Positions 19,570 to 29,040 of a DNA stretch of 64,000 nucleotides are shown here, in pieces. A program made the translations under genes and the position numbers. Source of the stretch: Armatimonadota bacterium (GTDB lineage Bacteria; Armatimonadota; HRBIN16); the NCBI GenBank assembly GCA_963677485.1, contig OY781964.1:4672001-4736000 (forward strand), given 5' to 3'. Position 1 is the first letter of the stretch; the number at the start of each line of letters is the position of its first letter. The notes below the pieces were generated by a model that was not told the origin of the DNA, did not search any database, and saw only the letters and a program-made list of their open reading frames with translations.

Positions 19570-20805
19570 TCACAGTCACAATGAGGGTTGCCTGGTGATC
19601 AGGCAGCCCTCAGATAAGAGGGTCAGCCATGCAAAAGTATGCGCTTCCGCTGTTTATCTTGTTCTCACTTGCTGCGATCAGTTGTGCTCAATCGACACAA
19701 GCACCAAACGGCAAACCGCAAAACAGCCTCATCGCGTTTACTCTGCACGACAAAGTAGGGCACCAGCAGATATTTACCCAGAAACCTGACGGAACAAACA
19801 AGCACCAGTTGACCTTCGATGGTGATAACGGCAGGGCTGACTGGTCGCCTGATGGCAATCGGATCGTCATGGGGTATTCGGACAGTAAGAAACACGGCGT
19901 GGCGATCATGGATGGAAATGGCTCTAACTGGAAATTCCTGGCCGAGGGCGGTAACGACCCAGACTGGTCACCAGATGGCAAGACCATCGCCTTTTCGCGT
20001 CCAAGTAAGTCTGACGGCGGGAGTATGCTGCCGCAGATATGGCTGATGGACGCGGACGGCGGGAATCTACGACAGTTGACCACAAGTAACACAGCGAAAA
20101 ACGGGCCGTCATGGTCACCAGACGGAAAGCAGATGGTGTTCATCAACTACCGAAACCCTGGTTCACCGTCTGACCCCCAGCCGCAGATCGGGATTATGAA
20201 CTCCGATGGTACCAACGAACGGCTTCTGACGACCGAAAAGCGGAATAATGTCAAGATAGAAGAAGACGGTAGCTCCACACTACTAGAAACCGCGAATGAT
20301 GCGAACGCGCCATGCTGGTCACCAGTCGATAACCGTGTGGCATTCTGGTCAGGGTTGGAGACGCAGTATGGGCAGATATGGGTGATCAACTCCGACGGCA
20401 CCAACTCAAAACAGTTGACCGAAGACCCGTCGCACCGAAGCAGCGATGACCCCTCATGGTCGCCTGATGGCACCAAAATACTCTTTAACACCGGACGCAG
20501 TGGACACTCCGAGCTCTGGGTAATGAATTCAGACGGCAGCGACGAGAAGAGGGTCAGTGATACCGACCCCATCCCATGCCCCGGACGAGGCGCCTGGCAG
20601 CCTGTCATTGAAGGGGTGACTAAAACCTGGACAGACTACCCAGAAGAGAAATCCCATGCTAATTCCGAGAGTGTGGTGGGCATTAAGCCCGTCGCGCCTG
20701 TCATCACACACACAAATGCACTTGGTGTATATCAGCTTTCCGGTGATACACTCACGAAGTTGAGTCTCGTCACGCTTAAGAAGCTTGTCAGTATACAGCT
20801 AAAAC

Positions 20806-22465
20806 CTAAGGCGGCTTAGCCGCAACCAAAAAAGGAATGATTACATTCGCCACGTAATATACATTCAAACACCCTTTCGTGAGGTTGCCCAGAATGACAT
20901 CACTTCAAGAACGCTATGCAAAGCAGATAGCTGGGGTATATTCATGCTTCGACCGCATAGTTATCACCGGTACAATCCCAGGCTGGTGTCATAGCGACGG
21001 AATGGGCATCTATCTTCATCAACGCAACATCAGGCTATTTGACTTTCCTAAGGAATTTGCCGAACCTCTACGAGATGAGATCAAAGCCAATGCGGAACGC
21101 CTTGCCGTTACCAACAGCATTGAAATTGAGTATATACGCCGTGCCTCTTCATTTCGAAAAGAAGACCGCATCAAAGAGATCATTAGTAGTCGAGGGTGTC
21201 ACCCCGGTCTCGTCCACATATTCTCAGTGTTGGAAAAATGTCCTGCATACACCCCGTGGCACGACAAGATTACCCACAAAACCCGGCTGAATATCAAGGA
21301 GACCAAGTGTCTTCATTACTACTTCTATTTCATCGATGCAGAGTTTGGACTGTGCTATCTACGAGTTCCGACCTGGGTGCCCTTCCGTCTGCAATTCTAT
21401 TGTAATGGACACAATTATCTCGCGCATTGCCTTCAATCCGAGGGAGTAGTTTTCACTCCACTGGACAACGCCTTTGTAAAAATCGACGACTTTAGCTGTG
21501 CTCAGAGGCTGGCAGACGCTTTTCCTGCTGATAAGCTGCACCATGCGCTGGATGCATTTGCCAGAATGTATTGCCCCGTGATACGGCTTGCTGACAATTC
21601 ATATCATTGGTCGCTAATGCAGGTGGAATATGCTACAGACATCGTGTTCAAACGCGCCGAAGACCTCAAAGCCATCTACGATAATCTAGTCAAAACAGCG
21701 ATACATACGGTAACGCCAGAGTCTATCGCGATGTTTCTTGGTAAGAAACTTGATGGGCGAACACTCGCTGAGATCGGCACTGACTACAAGTTCGATCGCC
21801 GCATACAAGGCACGCGCATCAAACACTACATGGGATGGGCTTCTATCAAAATGTATGACAAGCAAGGGATAATCTTGCGTATCGAGACGACTGTGAATGA
21901 CGTCTCTGAATTTAAACACTACCGTGAGGTAGAACATCATGATGGGACGACTGAGATTAAATACGCCCCTATGCAAAAGACCATCTACAGCCTTCCTCCA
22001 TTGAGGGAACTGTTATTATCTGCAAACAACAGATATCTTGACTTTCTTTCCGCCCTTGATGACAACAGCGATGGTGAACATCAGATCATCAAAATCGCGA
22101 CCTCGACCACCCGTGATCATCGCTCGTATCGAGGATTCAACCTTTTCCTCAAGAAGGATTTGGAATGTCTCATTGCACTTGCTCGCGGAGAGGGATGCAT
22201 CAGCGGGATCACAAACCGTATGCTTCAAAAAGCCTTACCGCAGATGTCCAGCTCTCAGATATCATACTTCATCAAGCGATGCCGAGTATTCCGGCTCGTT
22301 AAAAAATGCGGTAAACGCTACAAATACTACCTCACTGCACTTGGCAAGCGTATCATCATGGCAGCACTTGCTATTCGCCAGATCGTTGTGCCTAACGCTT
22401 TGTGTGGTGCGTAATATCAGAATATTCTATACACCGTGTTCAAAATATGGTTGGTAAGATACTAA
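20806..22465 (+). mobile_element. Single-ORF insertion element bounded by CTAA, no terminal inverted repeats; candidate rolling-circle IS
   Basis: CTAA at 20806-20809 and 22462-22465; in-frame restoration of the host gene on removal; left-end hairpin GCGGC-TTA-GCCGC. Confidence 0.85.
20894..22414 (+). CDS. Putative transposase/nickase with Rep_trans-like motifs and C-terminal winged HTH
   Basis: 506 aa from ATG 20894 (GAGG RBS); QVEYATDIVF, SIKMYDK, LRIETT motifs; MarR-like wHTH ending YYLTALGKR. Confidence 0.7.
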   Translation: MTSLQERYAKQIAGVYSCFDRIVITGTIPGWCHSDGMGIYLHQRNIRLFDFPKEFAEPLRDEIKANAERLAVTNSIEIEYIRRASSFRKEDRIKEIISSRGCHPGLVHIFSVLEKCPAYTPWHDKITHKTRLNIKETKCLHYYFYFIDAEFGLCYLRVPTWVPFRLQFYCNGHNYLAHCLQSEGVVFTPLDNAFVKIDDFSCAQRLADAFPADKLHHALDAFARMYCPVIRLADNSYHWSLMQVEYATDIVFKRAEDLKAIYDNLVKTAIHTVTPESIAMFLGKKLDGRTLAEIGTDYKFDRRIQGTRIKHYMGWASIKMYDKQGIILRIETTVNDVSEFKHYREVEHHDGTTEIKYAPMQKTIYSLPPLRELLLSANNRYLDFLSALDDNSDGEHQIIKIATSTTRDHRSYRGFNLFLKKDLECLIALARGEGCISGITNRMLQKALPQMSSSQISYFIKRCRVFRLVKKCGKRYKYYLTALGKRIIMAALAIRQIVVPNALCGA

Positions 22466-22957
22466 AACGCCCATGAATACTGACGCCAACCAGATGCAGC
22501 CGTCTGCGATGCTGATCACGGCTGAGAAGGTGATCGTGTTGATAGGGCAGCAGCTCTATGTAGTCAACGCAGCCAATATGAAAGTCACAATGACTGCTAA
22601 GTTACCTGCCTACGATGCAAGTGGCCTTTCGATGCAGCCAGATCCCACACTCGCACTACAGGGCAATGCGGTATACGTGACTATCGGGTCCCGGTCGGTC
22701 GCTGTCAATGCTGTGACGGGTGCCATCATTGGTTCAAGCAAGGCGGTACAGCCTTAGTGTGCAGGTGTTATTATCCATAACGACCATCAAACAAATATCA
22801 CGAAACTGTACACATTGTTCGAGTGGAGGTATCAGTTCACTGGGTTTCGTTATACCCATCGCGGATGCGGCTCGTACGCCTTATAATCCTATTCATGATA
22901 AGATAAATTGAGAATGTCCCGTTGTTTTTACTGCGGGAAAATAGGAGCATAACGTAA

Positions 22958-24352
22958 GTGCAGTATTTCGTAAAAGATATCGGACTGGCTGATTTCGGCC
23001 GCAAAGAGATATCCATGGCCGAAAAAGAGATGCCGGGTTTAATGGCCACCCGTGAAAAGTACGGGCCATCCAAGCCCCTGCAAGGTGCGCGCATTACCGG
23101 ATCCCTTCACATGACGATTCAGACAGCGGTGCTAATCGAAACCCTGAAAGAACTGGGTGCCGATGTGCGCTGGGCTAGTTGTAATATATATTCCACCCAG
23201 GACCACGCCGCCGCCGCAATCGCGGAGTCCGGCACACCGGTATTTGCTTACAAAGGCGAGAGCCTTGAGGAATACTGGGAATTCACGATGAACGCGCTGA
23301 CCTGGGATGATGGCTGCGGACCCACCCTGATCGTGGATGATGGCGGCGATGCGACGCTGGTGATTCACAGAGGCTATGCCGCTGAGAATGACCCATCGAT
23401 ACTGGATGAGCCCACAGACAACCACGAAATGATGATCATCAACAAGGCCATCAAGAAGCGGCTGAGTGAGATACCGGGTTACTTCCATGCCACCATCGCG
23501 AAGCTGAAGGGTGTTTCCGAGGAAACCACCACCGGTGTTCACCGGCTCTATCAAATGATGGAGCGCGGAGAGTTGCTCGTACCGGCCATCAACGTAAACG
23601 ACTCCGTGACCAAGTCCAAATTCGACAACATCTACGGATGCCGCGAATCGCTGGTAGACGGAATCAAGCGCGCGACGGACATCATGCTGGCTGGCAAAAA
23701 AGTGATGGTCTGCGGATATGGCGATGTGGGCAAGGGCAGTTCTGAAGCCTTGTCTAGCCACAAGGCCCAGGTCATGGTCAGTGAGATTGACCCAATCTGT
23801 GCTCTTCAAGCTTGCATGGCTGGCTATAGCGTGAAGACCGTTGAAGATGCGTTGCCAGATGCTGATATCTATGTCACCACGACAGGCAACTGTAACATCA
23901 TCACGATCGACCATATGGCGAAGATGAAAGATCAGGCCATCGTGTGCAATATCGGCCATTTTGATAATGAGATTCAAGTGGATGCATTGAAGAAGTATCC
24001 CGGCATTAAACATCTCAATATCAAGCCACAGGTCGATGCCTACACATTCCCTGACGGACACACGATCTATCTGCTAGCAGACGGCCGGCTAGTGAACCTT
24101 GGCTGCGCCACGGGACACCCCAGCTTTGTGATGTCCAACAGCTTCACCAACCAGACTCTGGCGCAGATCGATCTATGGACCAAAGAACGCGAGGTTGGTG
24201 TGTTTGTGCTGGACAAGAAGCTTGATGAAGAGGTGGCCAGACTGCACCTTGCCAAGCTGGGAGCCAAACTGACTGAACTGACCCCAGAGCAGGCCGGTTA
24301 TATCGGCGTGCCAGTGGAAGGACCTTACAAACCCGAACTCTATCGATACTAA
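22958..24352 (+). CDS. ahcY: S-adenosylhomocysteine hydrolase
   Basis: [52 protein letters not shown]-terminal YRY. Confidence 0.98.
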   Translation: MQYFVKDIGLADFGRKEISMAEKEMPGLMATREKYGPSKPLQGARITGSLHMTIQTAVLIETLKELGADVRWASCNIYSTQDHAAAAIAESGTPVFAYKGESLEEYWEFTMNALTWDDGCGPTLIVDDGGDATLVIHRGYAAENDPSILDEPTDNHEMMIINKAIKKRLSEIPGYFHATIAKLKGVSEETTTGVHRLYQMMERGELLVPAINVNDSVTKSKFDNIYGCRESLVDGIKRATDIMLAGKKVMVCGYGDVGKGSSEALSSHKAQVMVSEIDPICALQACMAGYSVKTVEDALPDADIYVTTTGNCNIITIDHMAKMKDQAIVCNIGHFDNEIQVDALKKYPGIKHLNIKPQVDAYTFPDGHTIYLLADGRLVNLGCATGHPSFVMSNSFTNQTLAQIDLWTKEREVGVFVLDKKLDEEVARLHLAKLGAKLTELTPEQAGYIGVPVEGPYKPELYRY

Positions 24353-24382
24353 CTAATCTGCCAAAAAATAGGGGATTTCATT

Positions 24383-27300
24383 ATGTCGCTTTCAGATATC
24401 TACGGTATCTTCATAAGCCCAGGTAACGACCTGCGTGGCAAACCGTTCTGGAGTTGGAACGGCAGTCTTGATAAAGATGAGCTGATCAGGCAAGTCTATG
24501 TCTGCAAGGAGATGGGCTTCGGCGGTTTCTTCATGCACTCACGGGTAGGTCTTGCCACTGAGTACCTCGGCGATCTGTGGTTTGAGTGCATCAACGCCTG
24601 CGCGGACCTGGCAGAAGAGCTGGGTATGGACGCCTATCTATACGACGAGGACCGCTGGCCCAGCGGCACTTGCGGCGGCATCGTCACGATGAAGCCGGAA
24701 TATCGCCAGAAGTTCATGCGACTGCGCATCACCGAAACGGCGGAAGTGAACTGGGATGACGAACACACCCTCGCTTGCTATGTCGGCGAAGTGGATGAGC
24801 TAAAACTAGGCAAATACAGCCGTGTCGCGGCCGGGCAACAGCCCGCACCAGCAGCAGGTCAGAAGGTCATGGTTGCTTCATGGGAAGACCAGAACTTCAG
24901 CTATTTCTACAACGGCTACACCTATGTGGACACCCTCAACAGGGAGGCTACCGATTACTACATCGAGCTGACCCACGACCGCTATGTTGAGATGTGCGGC
25001 GACCGGATCGGTAAGTCGATCAAAGCCATCTTCACCGACGAGCCGCACCGCGGTCCGTTAATGGAGACTTTCTCGCTCAGCAATGAGTCACCAGAATGGC
25101 TGGTGCCTTGGACCGCCAAGGCATTTGACGAATTCAATACCCGCTTTGGATACGATCTGCTGGATTGCCTACCCGAGCTTTATCTGCAACTGAATGGCGA
25201 ACTTGTCTCACGTGTAAAGTGGAACTATGTCGACCTTCTGCAGATGCTGTTCCTGGAGAACTGGGCACAGCCATATCATGACTGGTGCGAAGAGCACAAC
25301 ATCATGATGACTGGCCACATCCTGCATGAGGACTGCCTCGCCTCGCAAGTAGCGGTTTCTGGCTCCATGATGCGCTTCTATGAGCACATGCATTGGCCCG
25401 GCATTGACCTGCTCACCGAGCACAACCGGAACTACTGGGTAGCCAAACAGTTACAGAGTGCCACGCGGCAGATCGGCCAGAAATGGCTGCTCAGCGAATT
25501 GTATGGCTGCACTGGATGGCAGATGGACTTGAACAGTCACAAGAATGTGGGTGACTGGCAGGCTCTGTATGGTATCAACATGCGTTGTCCACACCTGAGC
25601 TGGTATACGATGTATGGCGAGGCTAAGCGAGACTACCCGGCCAGCATCTTCCATCAAAGCGCATGGTACAAAGACTACGACCAGATGGAGACATACTTCA
25701 GCCGTTTTGGTCTGATGATGATGACCGGCAAGCCGGTGTGCGATCTTTTGGTTGTCAACCCGGTGGAGAGCGTCTACTCGCTTGTGCATCCGAAATGGTC
25801 ATGGGGTCTAGGACCGGTTGATCCGGTGGCTCAGAAACTCGACAAGCAGTATGCCGAACTATTCCATTGGCTCTCTGGCTCACAGATCGACTTCGACTAC
25901 GGCGAAGAAGAGATCATGAACCGTCTAGCCAGTGTCTCTATGGTTGACGGAGAAGCCGTGCTGAAGGTTGGCCAAGCGAGCTATAAGAGCGTATTGGTCA
26001 GTGGTGTACTTACCCTAAGAGCCAGCACAGTAAAACTGCTCAACGAGTTCAAGAAGCTTGGCGGCAAGGTGATATTTGCCGGCGACGTGCCCGTGTATGT
26101 TAATGCTGTGAAGAGTGCCGATGCTACCGCTTTGGCAGCAAACTGCTCGGTGGTCAGCTTCGATAAGTCGAGTGTAGTGGGTGCCGTGACGGCTTCGGTA
26201 CCGCCCGTAGTCACAGTGACCACGGCCAGTGGTGAGGCGACGACCGATATCTTCACGCAGGTTCGCGAAGATGATGGCAACCTGATCGTCATGCTGTTGA
26301 ATGTTGACCGCGCCAAGACCATCGACGCGACCATCAAAATCGAGAGCAATCTGGTTCCCCAAACCTGGAACCTGTTGAATGGCGAACGGACTGCGACCAC
26401 GTATCAACGCGACGGCGAATGGATCACCATCCAAGCCAGCTTCGTACCAGGCGGCGAACTGCTGTATGTGTTATCTCAGCAAGACGGTAGTCTGCAGCCA
26501 GAAGCACAGTTGGCAGTAGTTTCCGAAACACCTATCGATGGCGAGTTCGATTACCAATTGACTGAGGCCAACACTCTCGTGCTGGACTATGCCCGATACA
26601 AGATCGCCGAAGGCGAATGGCAGTCTGAGAAGGAAGTTCTCAAGATTGACCGCACAGTTCGCGACCAATACGGCATCACTTACCGCGGTGGCGAAATGCC
26701 TCAGCCATGGTTCATCACAAAGCACATCGGCGTCAAAGAGTATGCTGTCGTGCAGATGGAGTTTGACTTCGAGGTCAGCGAACTGCCCCAGGGTGAAAGC
26801 TACCTGCTGATCGAAGACCCATCGGATTGGAATCCAAGTCTGAACGGCGTGAAGCTCGATGTGCCGGCAGATGGTCAGTGGGAAATTGACATCTGCTTCA
26901 AGAAGATCGTGCTGCCGCAAGGTGCCCTACGTTTGGGACGGAATGTGCTGCATCTGCAGGGCATGTATACCGACCTCTCCAACATTGAGGCGATCTATCT
27001 GCGCGGCTGCTTCGGCGTGAAGCTGAATGGCACGGTACGCACCATGGTCAAAGCTCCGGCCAAACTGGCCATTGGAGATATCGTGGCTCAGAACCTGCCG
27101 TTCTATGCGGCTGGAGTGAACTACAAGTACCAGTTGCCGGCTGTGGGCTGTTGTGAGAGGTTGTTCATCAAGTTCAACTCGTTTGAGGGGGCCTGCGTGG
27201 CCGTCAGCAGCGGTGACAAGCGTGTGGTAGCCAGTTGGGTGCCATACGAGCTAGACGTGACCGATATGGCTGGCTCGGTGGTGAACATTGAGGTGGTGTT

Positions 27301-27460
27301 AACCCGCCGCAATATGTTTGGGCCACTTCACCAGTCCTCGCTGTTCAACTCAGGTTACGGACCAGACAACTTCACCACCGGTGGAGCTGGCTGGAACGAC
27401 AACTACATGCTCTACCCAGCCGGATTACTGGAGGCCCCAGTGCTTCAAGTCCGCGAGTAG
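24383..27460 (+). CDS. Large glycoside hydrolase, GH106 (alpha-L-rhamnosidase)-like
   Basis: PFWSWNG, GFGGFFMHSRVGL, LYDEDRWPSG, IFTDEP, PGID, SELYG motifs. Confidence 0.8.
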   Translation: MSLSDIYGIFISPGNDLRGKPFWSWNGSLDKDELIRQVYVCKEMGFGGFFMHSRVGLATEYLGDLWFECINACADLAEELGMDAYLYDEDRWPSGTCGGIVTMKPEYRQKFMRLRITETAEVNWDDEHTLACYVGEVDELKLGKYSRVAAGQQPAPAAGQKVMVASWEDQNFSYFYNGYTYVDTLNREATDYYIELTHDRYVEMCGDRIGKSIKAIFTDEPHRGPLMETFSLSNESPEWLVPWTAKAFDEFNTRFGYDLLDCLPELYLQLNGELVSRVKWNYVDLLQMLFLENWAQPYHDWCEEHNIMMTGHILHEDCLASQVAVSGSMMRFYEHMHWPGIDLLTEHNRNYWVAKQLQSATRQIGQKWLLSELYGCTGWQMDLNSHKNVGDWQALYGINMRCPHLSWYTMYGEAKRDYPASIFHQSAWYKDYDQMETYFSRFGLMMMTGKPVCDLLVVNPVESVYSLVHPKWSWGLGPVDPVAQKLDKQYAELFHWLSGSQIDFDYGEEEIMNRLASVSMVDGEAVLKVGQASYKSVLVSGVLTLRASTVKLLNEFKKLGGKVIFAGDVPVYVNAVKSADATALAANCSVVSFDKSSVVGAVTASVPPVVTVTTASGEATTDIFTQVREDDGNLIVMLLNVDRAKTIDATIKIESNLVPQTWNLLNGERTATTYQRDGEWITIQASFVPGGELLYVLSQQDGSLQPEAQLAVVSETPIDGEFDYQLTEANTLVLDYARYKIAEGEWQSEKEVLKIDRTVRDQYGITYRGGEMPQPWFITKHIGVKEYAVVQMEFDFEVSELPQGESYLLIEDPSDWNPSLNGVKLDVPADGQWEIDICFKKIVLPQGALRLGRNVLHLQGMYTDLSNIEAIYLRGCFGVKLNGTVRTMVKAPAKLAIGDIVAQNLPFYAAGVNYKYQLPAVGCCERLFIKFNSFEGACVAVSSGDKRVVASWVPYELDVTDMAGSVVNIEVVLTRRNMFGPLHQSSLFNSGYGPDNFTTGGAGWNDNYMLYPAGLLEAPVLQVRE

Positions 27461-27475
27461 GCTTGCGATACCATT

Positions 27476-27518
27476 AAATCAGGGCACAGCGCATTGCGCT
27501 GTGCCCTGATTTGTTTTC
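27476..27518. terminator. Bidirectional terminator between GH gene and tRNA
   Basis: Perfect 18-bp inverted repeat AAATCAGGGCACAGCGCA / TGCGCTGTGCCCTGATTT followed by GTTTT. Confidence 0.85.
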
Positions 27519-27616
27519 AATATGATTGCTATTGGCTAAAGGACGATTGATAGGACCGATCCGACCAATCTGTCGGATGAGTAATGTGCTTGAATAAGAA
27601 GAAAAAAGGGAGTTAT

Positions 27617-27692
27617 TGGTGGAGCTATGCAGGATCGAACTGCAGACCTCTTCAATGCCATTGAAGCGCTCTCCCAGCTGAGCTATAGCCCC
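27617..27692 (-). tRNA. tRNA-Ala(GGC)
   Basis: GGGGCTATAGCTCAGCTGGGAGAGCGCTTCAATGGCATTGAAGAGGTCTGCAGTTCGATCCTGCATAGCTCCACCA: cloverleaf, G3-U70, encoded CCA. Confidence 0.98.
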
Positions 27693-27874
27693 ACGCAATA
27701 GTTATTATAACCAAGATTCACGCTCAATGCAACCACATATTTGTCGTGTCGAGATTTTGGCTTATATCGGCTCTTGAGCGACTAATATGGGTACTTTATA
27801 TTGTTATTCTAACCGAACAGTTCCCAAATGAAGTAAACTAGGAACAGATATAGAAACACTAGAGGCATGCCATT

Positions 27875-28999
27875 ATGAAAGATCCCCGTTATCATCAACT
27901 AGCAAAACTACTTATCCATCACTCCACGCGTATCCAACCGGGCGAAAAAATCCTGGTTGAAGCTTTTGAGATACCTGAGGAGTTTACCTGCGAGCTGATC
28001 AGGCAGATTATTGAGGCTGGCGGATTACCTTTCGTTGAAACAAAGCAGAATTTAGTCATGCGAGAGCTTCAACTGGGTGCCACAGAGGAGCAACTCGAGG
28101 TTCAAGTGCAGTATGAGTCGCTGCGAATGAATCTCATGGATGCCTACATAGGGATTCGCGGAACGAGTAATATCAGCGAAACATCCGACGTGCCATTCAA
28201 TAAGTCAGAAATGGTGCAGCGGCTGTTATGGCACCCGGTTCATGGCAACATCCGGGTACCGAAAACCAAATGGGCTGTGTTACGCTGGCCATCCAGCAGC
28301 ATGGCTCAACAAGCCTCTACGAGTACAGAGGCTTTTGAGGACTTCTATTTTCGCGTATGCACCCTCGACTACGGCTTGATGCAGCGGGCAGTACAGCCGC
28401 TTGTGGAGCTGATGCAGCATACGGACCGTGTTCGTCTCGTGGGGCCAGGCACAGACCTTAGCTTTAACATTGCAGGGATGTCAGCCATACCTTGCTGCGG
28501 GCAGCAGAACATCCCGGATGGTGAGTGTTTCACTGCACCCATCAAGGAATCGGTCGAAGGCCGGCTGCAGTACAACACCCCCTCGCTGTATCTGGGCAAA
28601 CAGTATGATGGTATTTCGTTTGAATTCAAAAACGGCAAGATCGTAAATGCTACCTGTGCCAACATACCTGAAGAGCTGAACAGGGTCCTCGACAGCGACG
28701 ATGGAGCTCGATATGTGGGTGAGTTCTCACTTGGTTTCAACCCGTTCATCATGAAGCCCATGAAAGACACCTTGTTTGACGAGAAGATCGCAGGGTCATT
28801 CCACTTCACACCAGGAATGGCTTATGCTGAAGCTGATAACGGTAATCGATCACAAGTGCATTGGGACTTGGTGAATATTCAACGCCCAGAATACGGTGGG
28901 GGGCAGATTTACTTTGACGATAAGCTGATCCGTAACGATGGGTTATTCATGCTTCCTGAACTGAACGGACTAAACCCTGAGGCGTTCCAGCATATATAA
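27875..28999 (+). CDS. Aminopeptidase, peptidase M29 (AmpS/PepS) family
   Basis: NIPDGECFTAP, GEFSLG, LFDEKIAGSFH, NRSQVHWD. Confidence 0.93.
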   Translation: MKDPRYHQLAKLLIHHSTRIQPGEKILVEAFEIPEEFTCELIRQIIEAGGLPFVETKQNLVMRELQLGATEEQLEVQVQYESLRMNLMDAYIGIRGTSNISETSDVPFNKSEMVQRLLWHPVHGNIRVPKTKWAVLRWPSSSMAQQASTSTEAFEDFYFRVCTLDYGLMQRAVQPLVELMQHTDRVRLVGPGTDLSFNIAGMSAIPCCGQQNIPDGECFTAPIKESVEGRLQYNTPSLYLGKQYDGISFEFKNGKIVNATCANIPEELNRVLDSDDGARYVGEFSLGFNPFIMKPMKDTLFDEKIAGSFHFTPGMAYAEADNGNRSQVHWDLVNIQRPEYGGGQIYFDDKLIRNDGLFMLPELNGLNPEAFQHI

Positions 29000-29040
29000 T
29001 GAGTGACCATATCTCGCAAACCTGATACTGTGGAGGGAAC

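Larger units (their letters stand above)
19629..22757 (+). pseudogene. TolB-like (PD40/WSPDG repeat) exported protein split by an insertion element; fragments 19629-20809 and 22466-22757
   Basis: Repeated WSPDG motifs and signal peptide; its stop (20817-20819) lies inside the insert; joining at CTAA gives continuous ...IQLKP-K-TPMNTDAN..., ~490 aa. Confidence 0.85.

Noticed and set aside
20799-22468. 7-bp direct repeat CTAAAAC at both sides of the insertion as a target-site duplication
   Set aside because: Joining there gives a frameshift (CTA AAA CGC CCA TGA), whereas joining at CTAA 20806/22462 restores the frame.
22758-22957. SAM/SAH riboswitch upstream of ahcY
   Set aside because: No recognisable consensus elements.
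23132-24061. Long antisense ORFs (also 45510-46412, 47715-48422)
   Set aside because: Shadows of ahcY, ilvB and ilvC caused by codon bias.
27617-27692. tRNA-Ala as an integration site
   Set aside because: No duplicated tRNA 3' end or adjacent integrase was seen.
27474-27698. 74-aa minus-strand ORF
   Set aside because: It is a translation of tRNA-Ala and the terminator.
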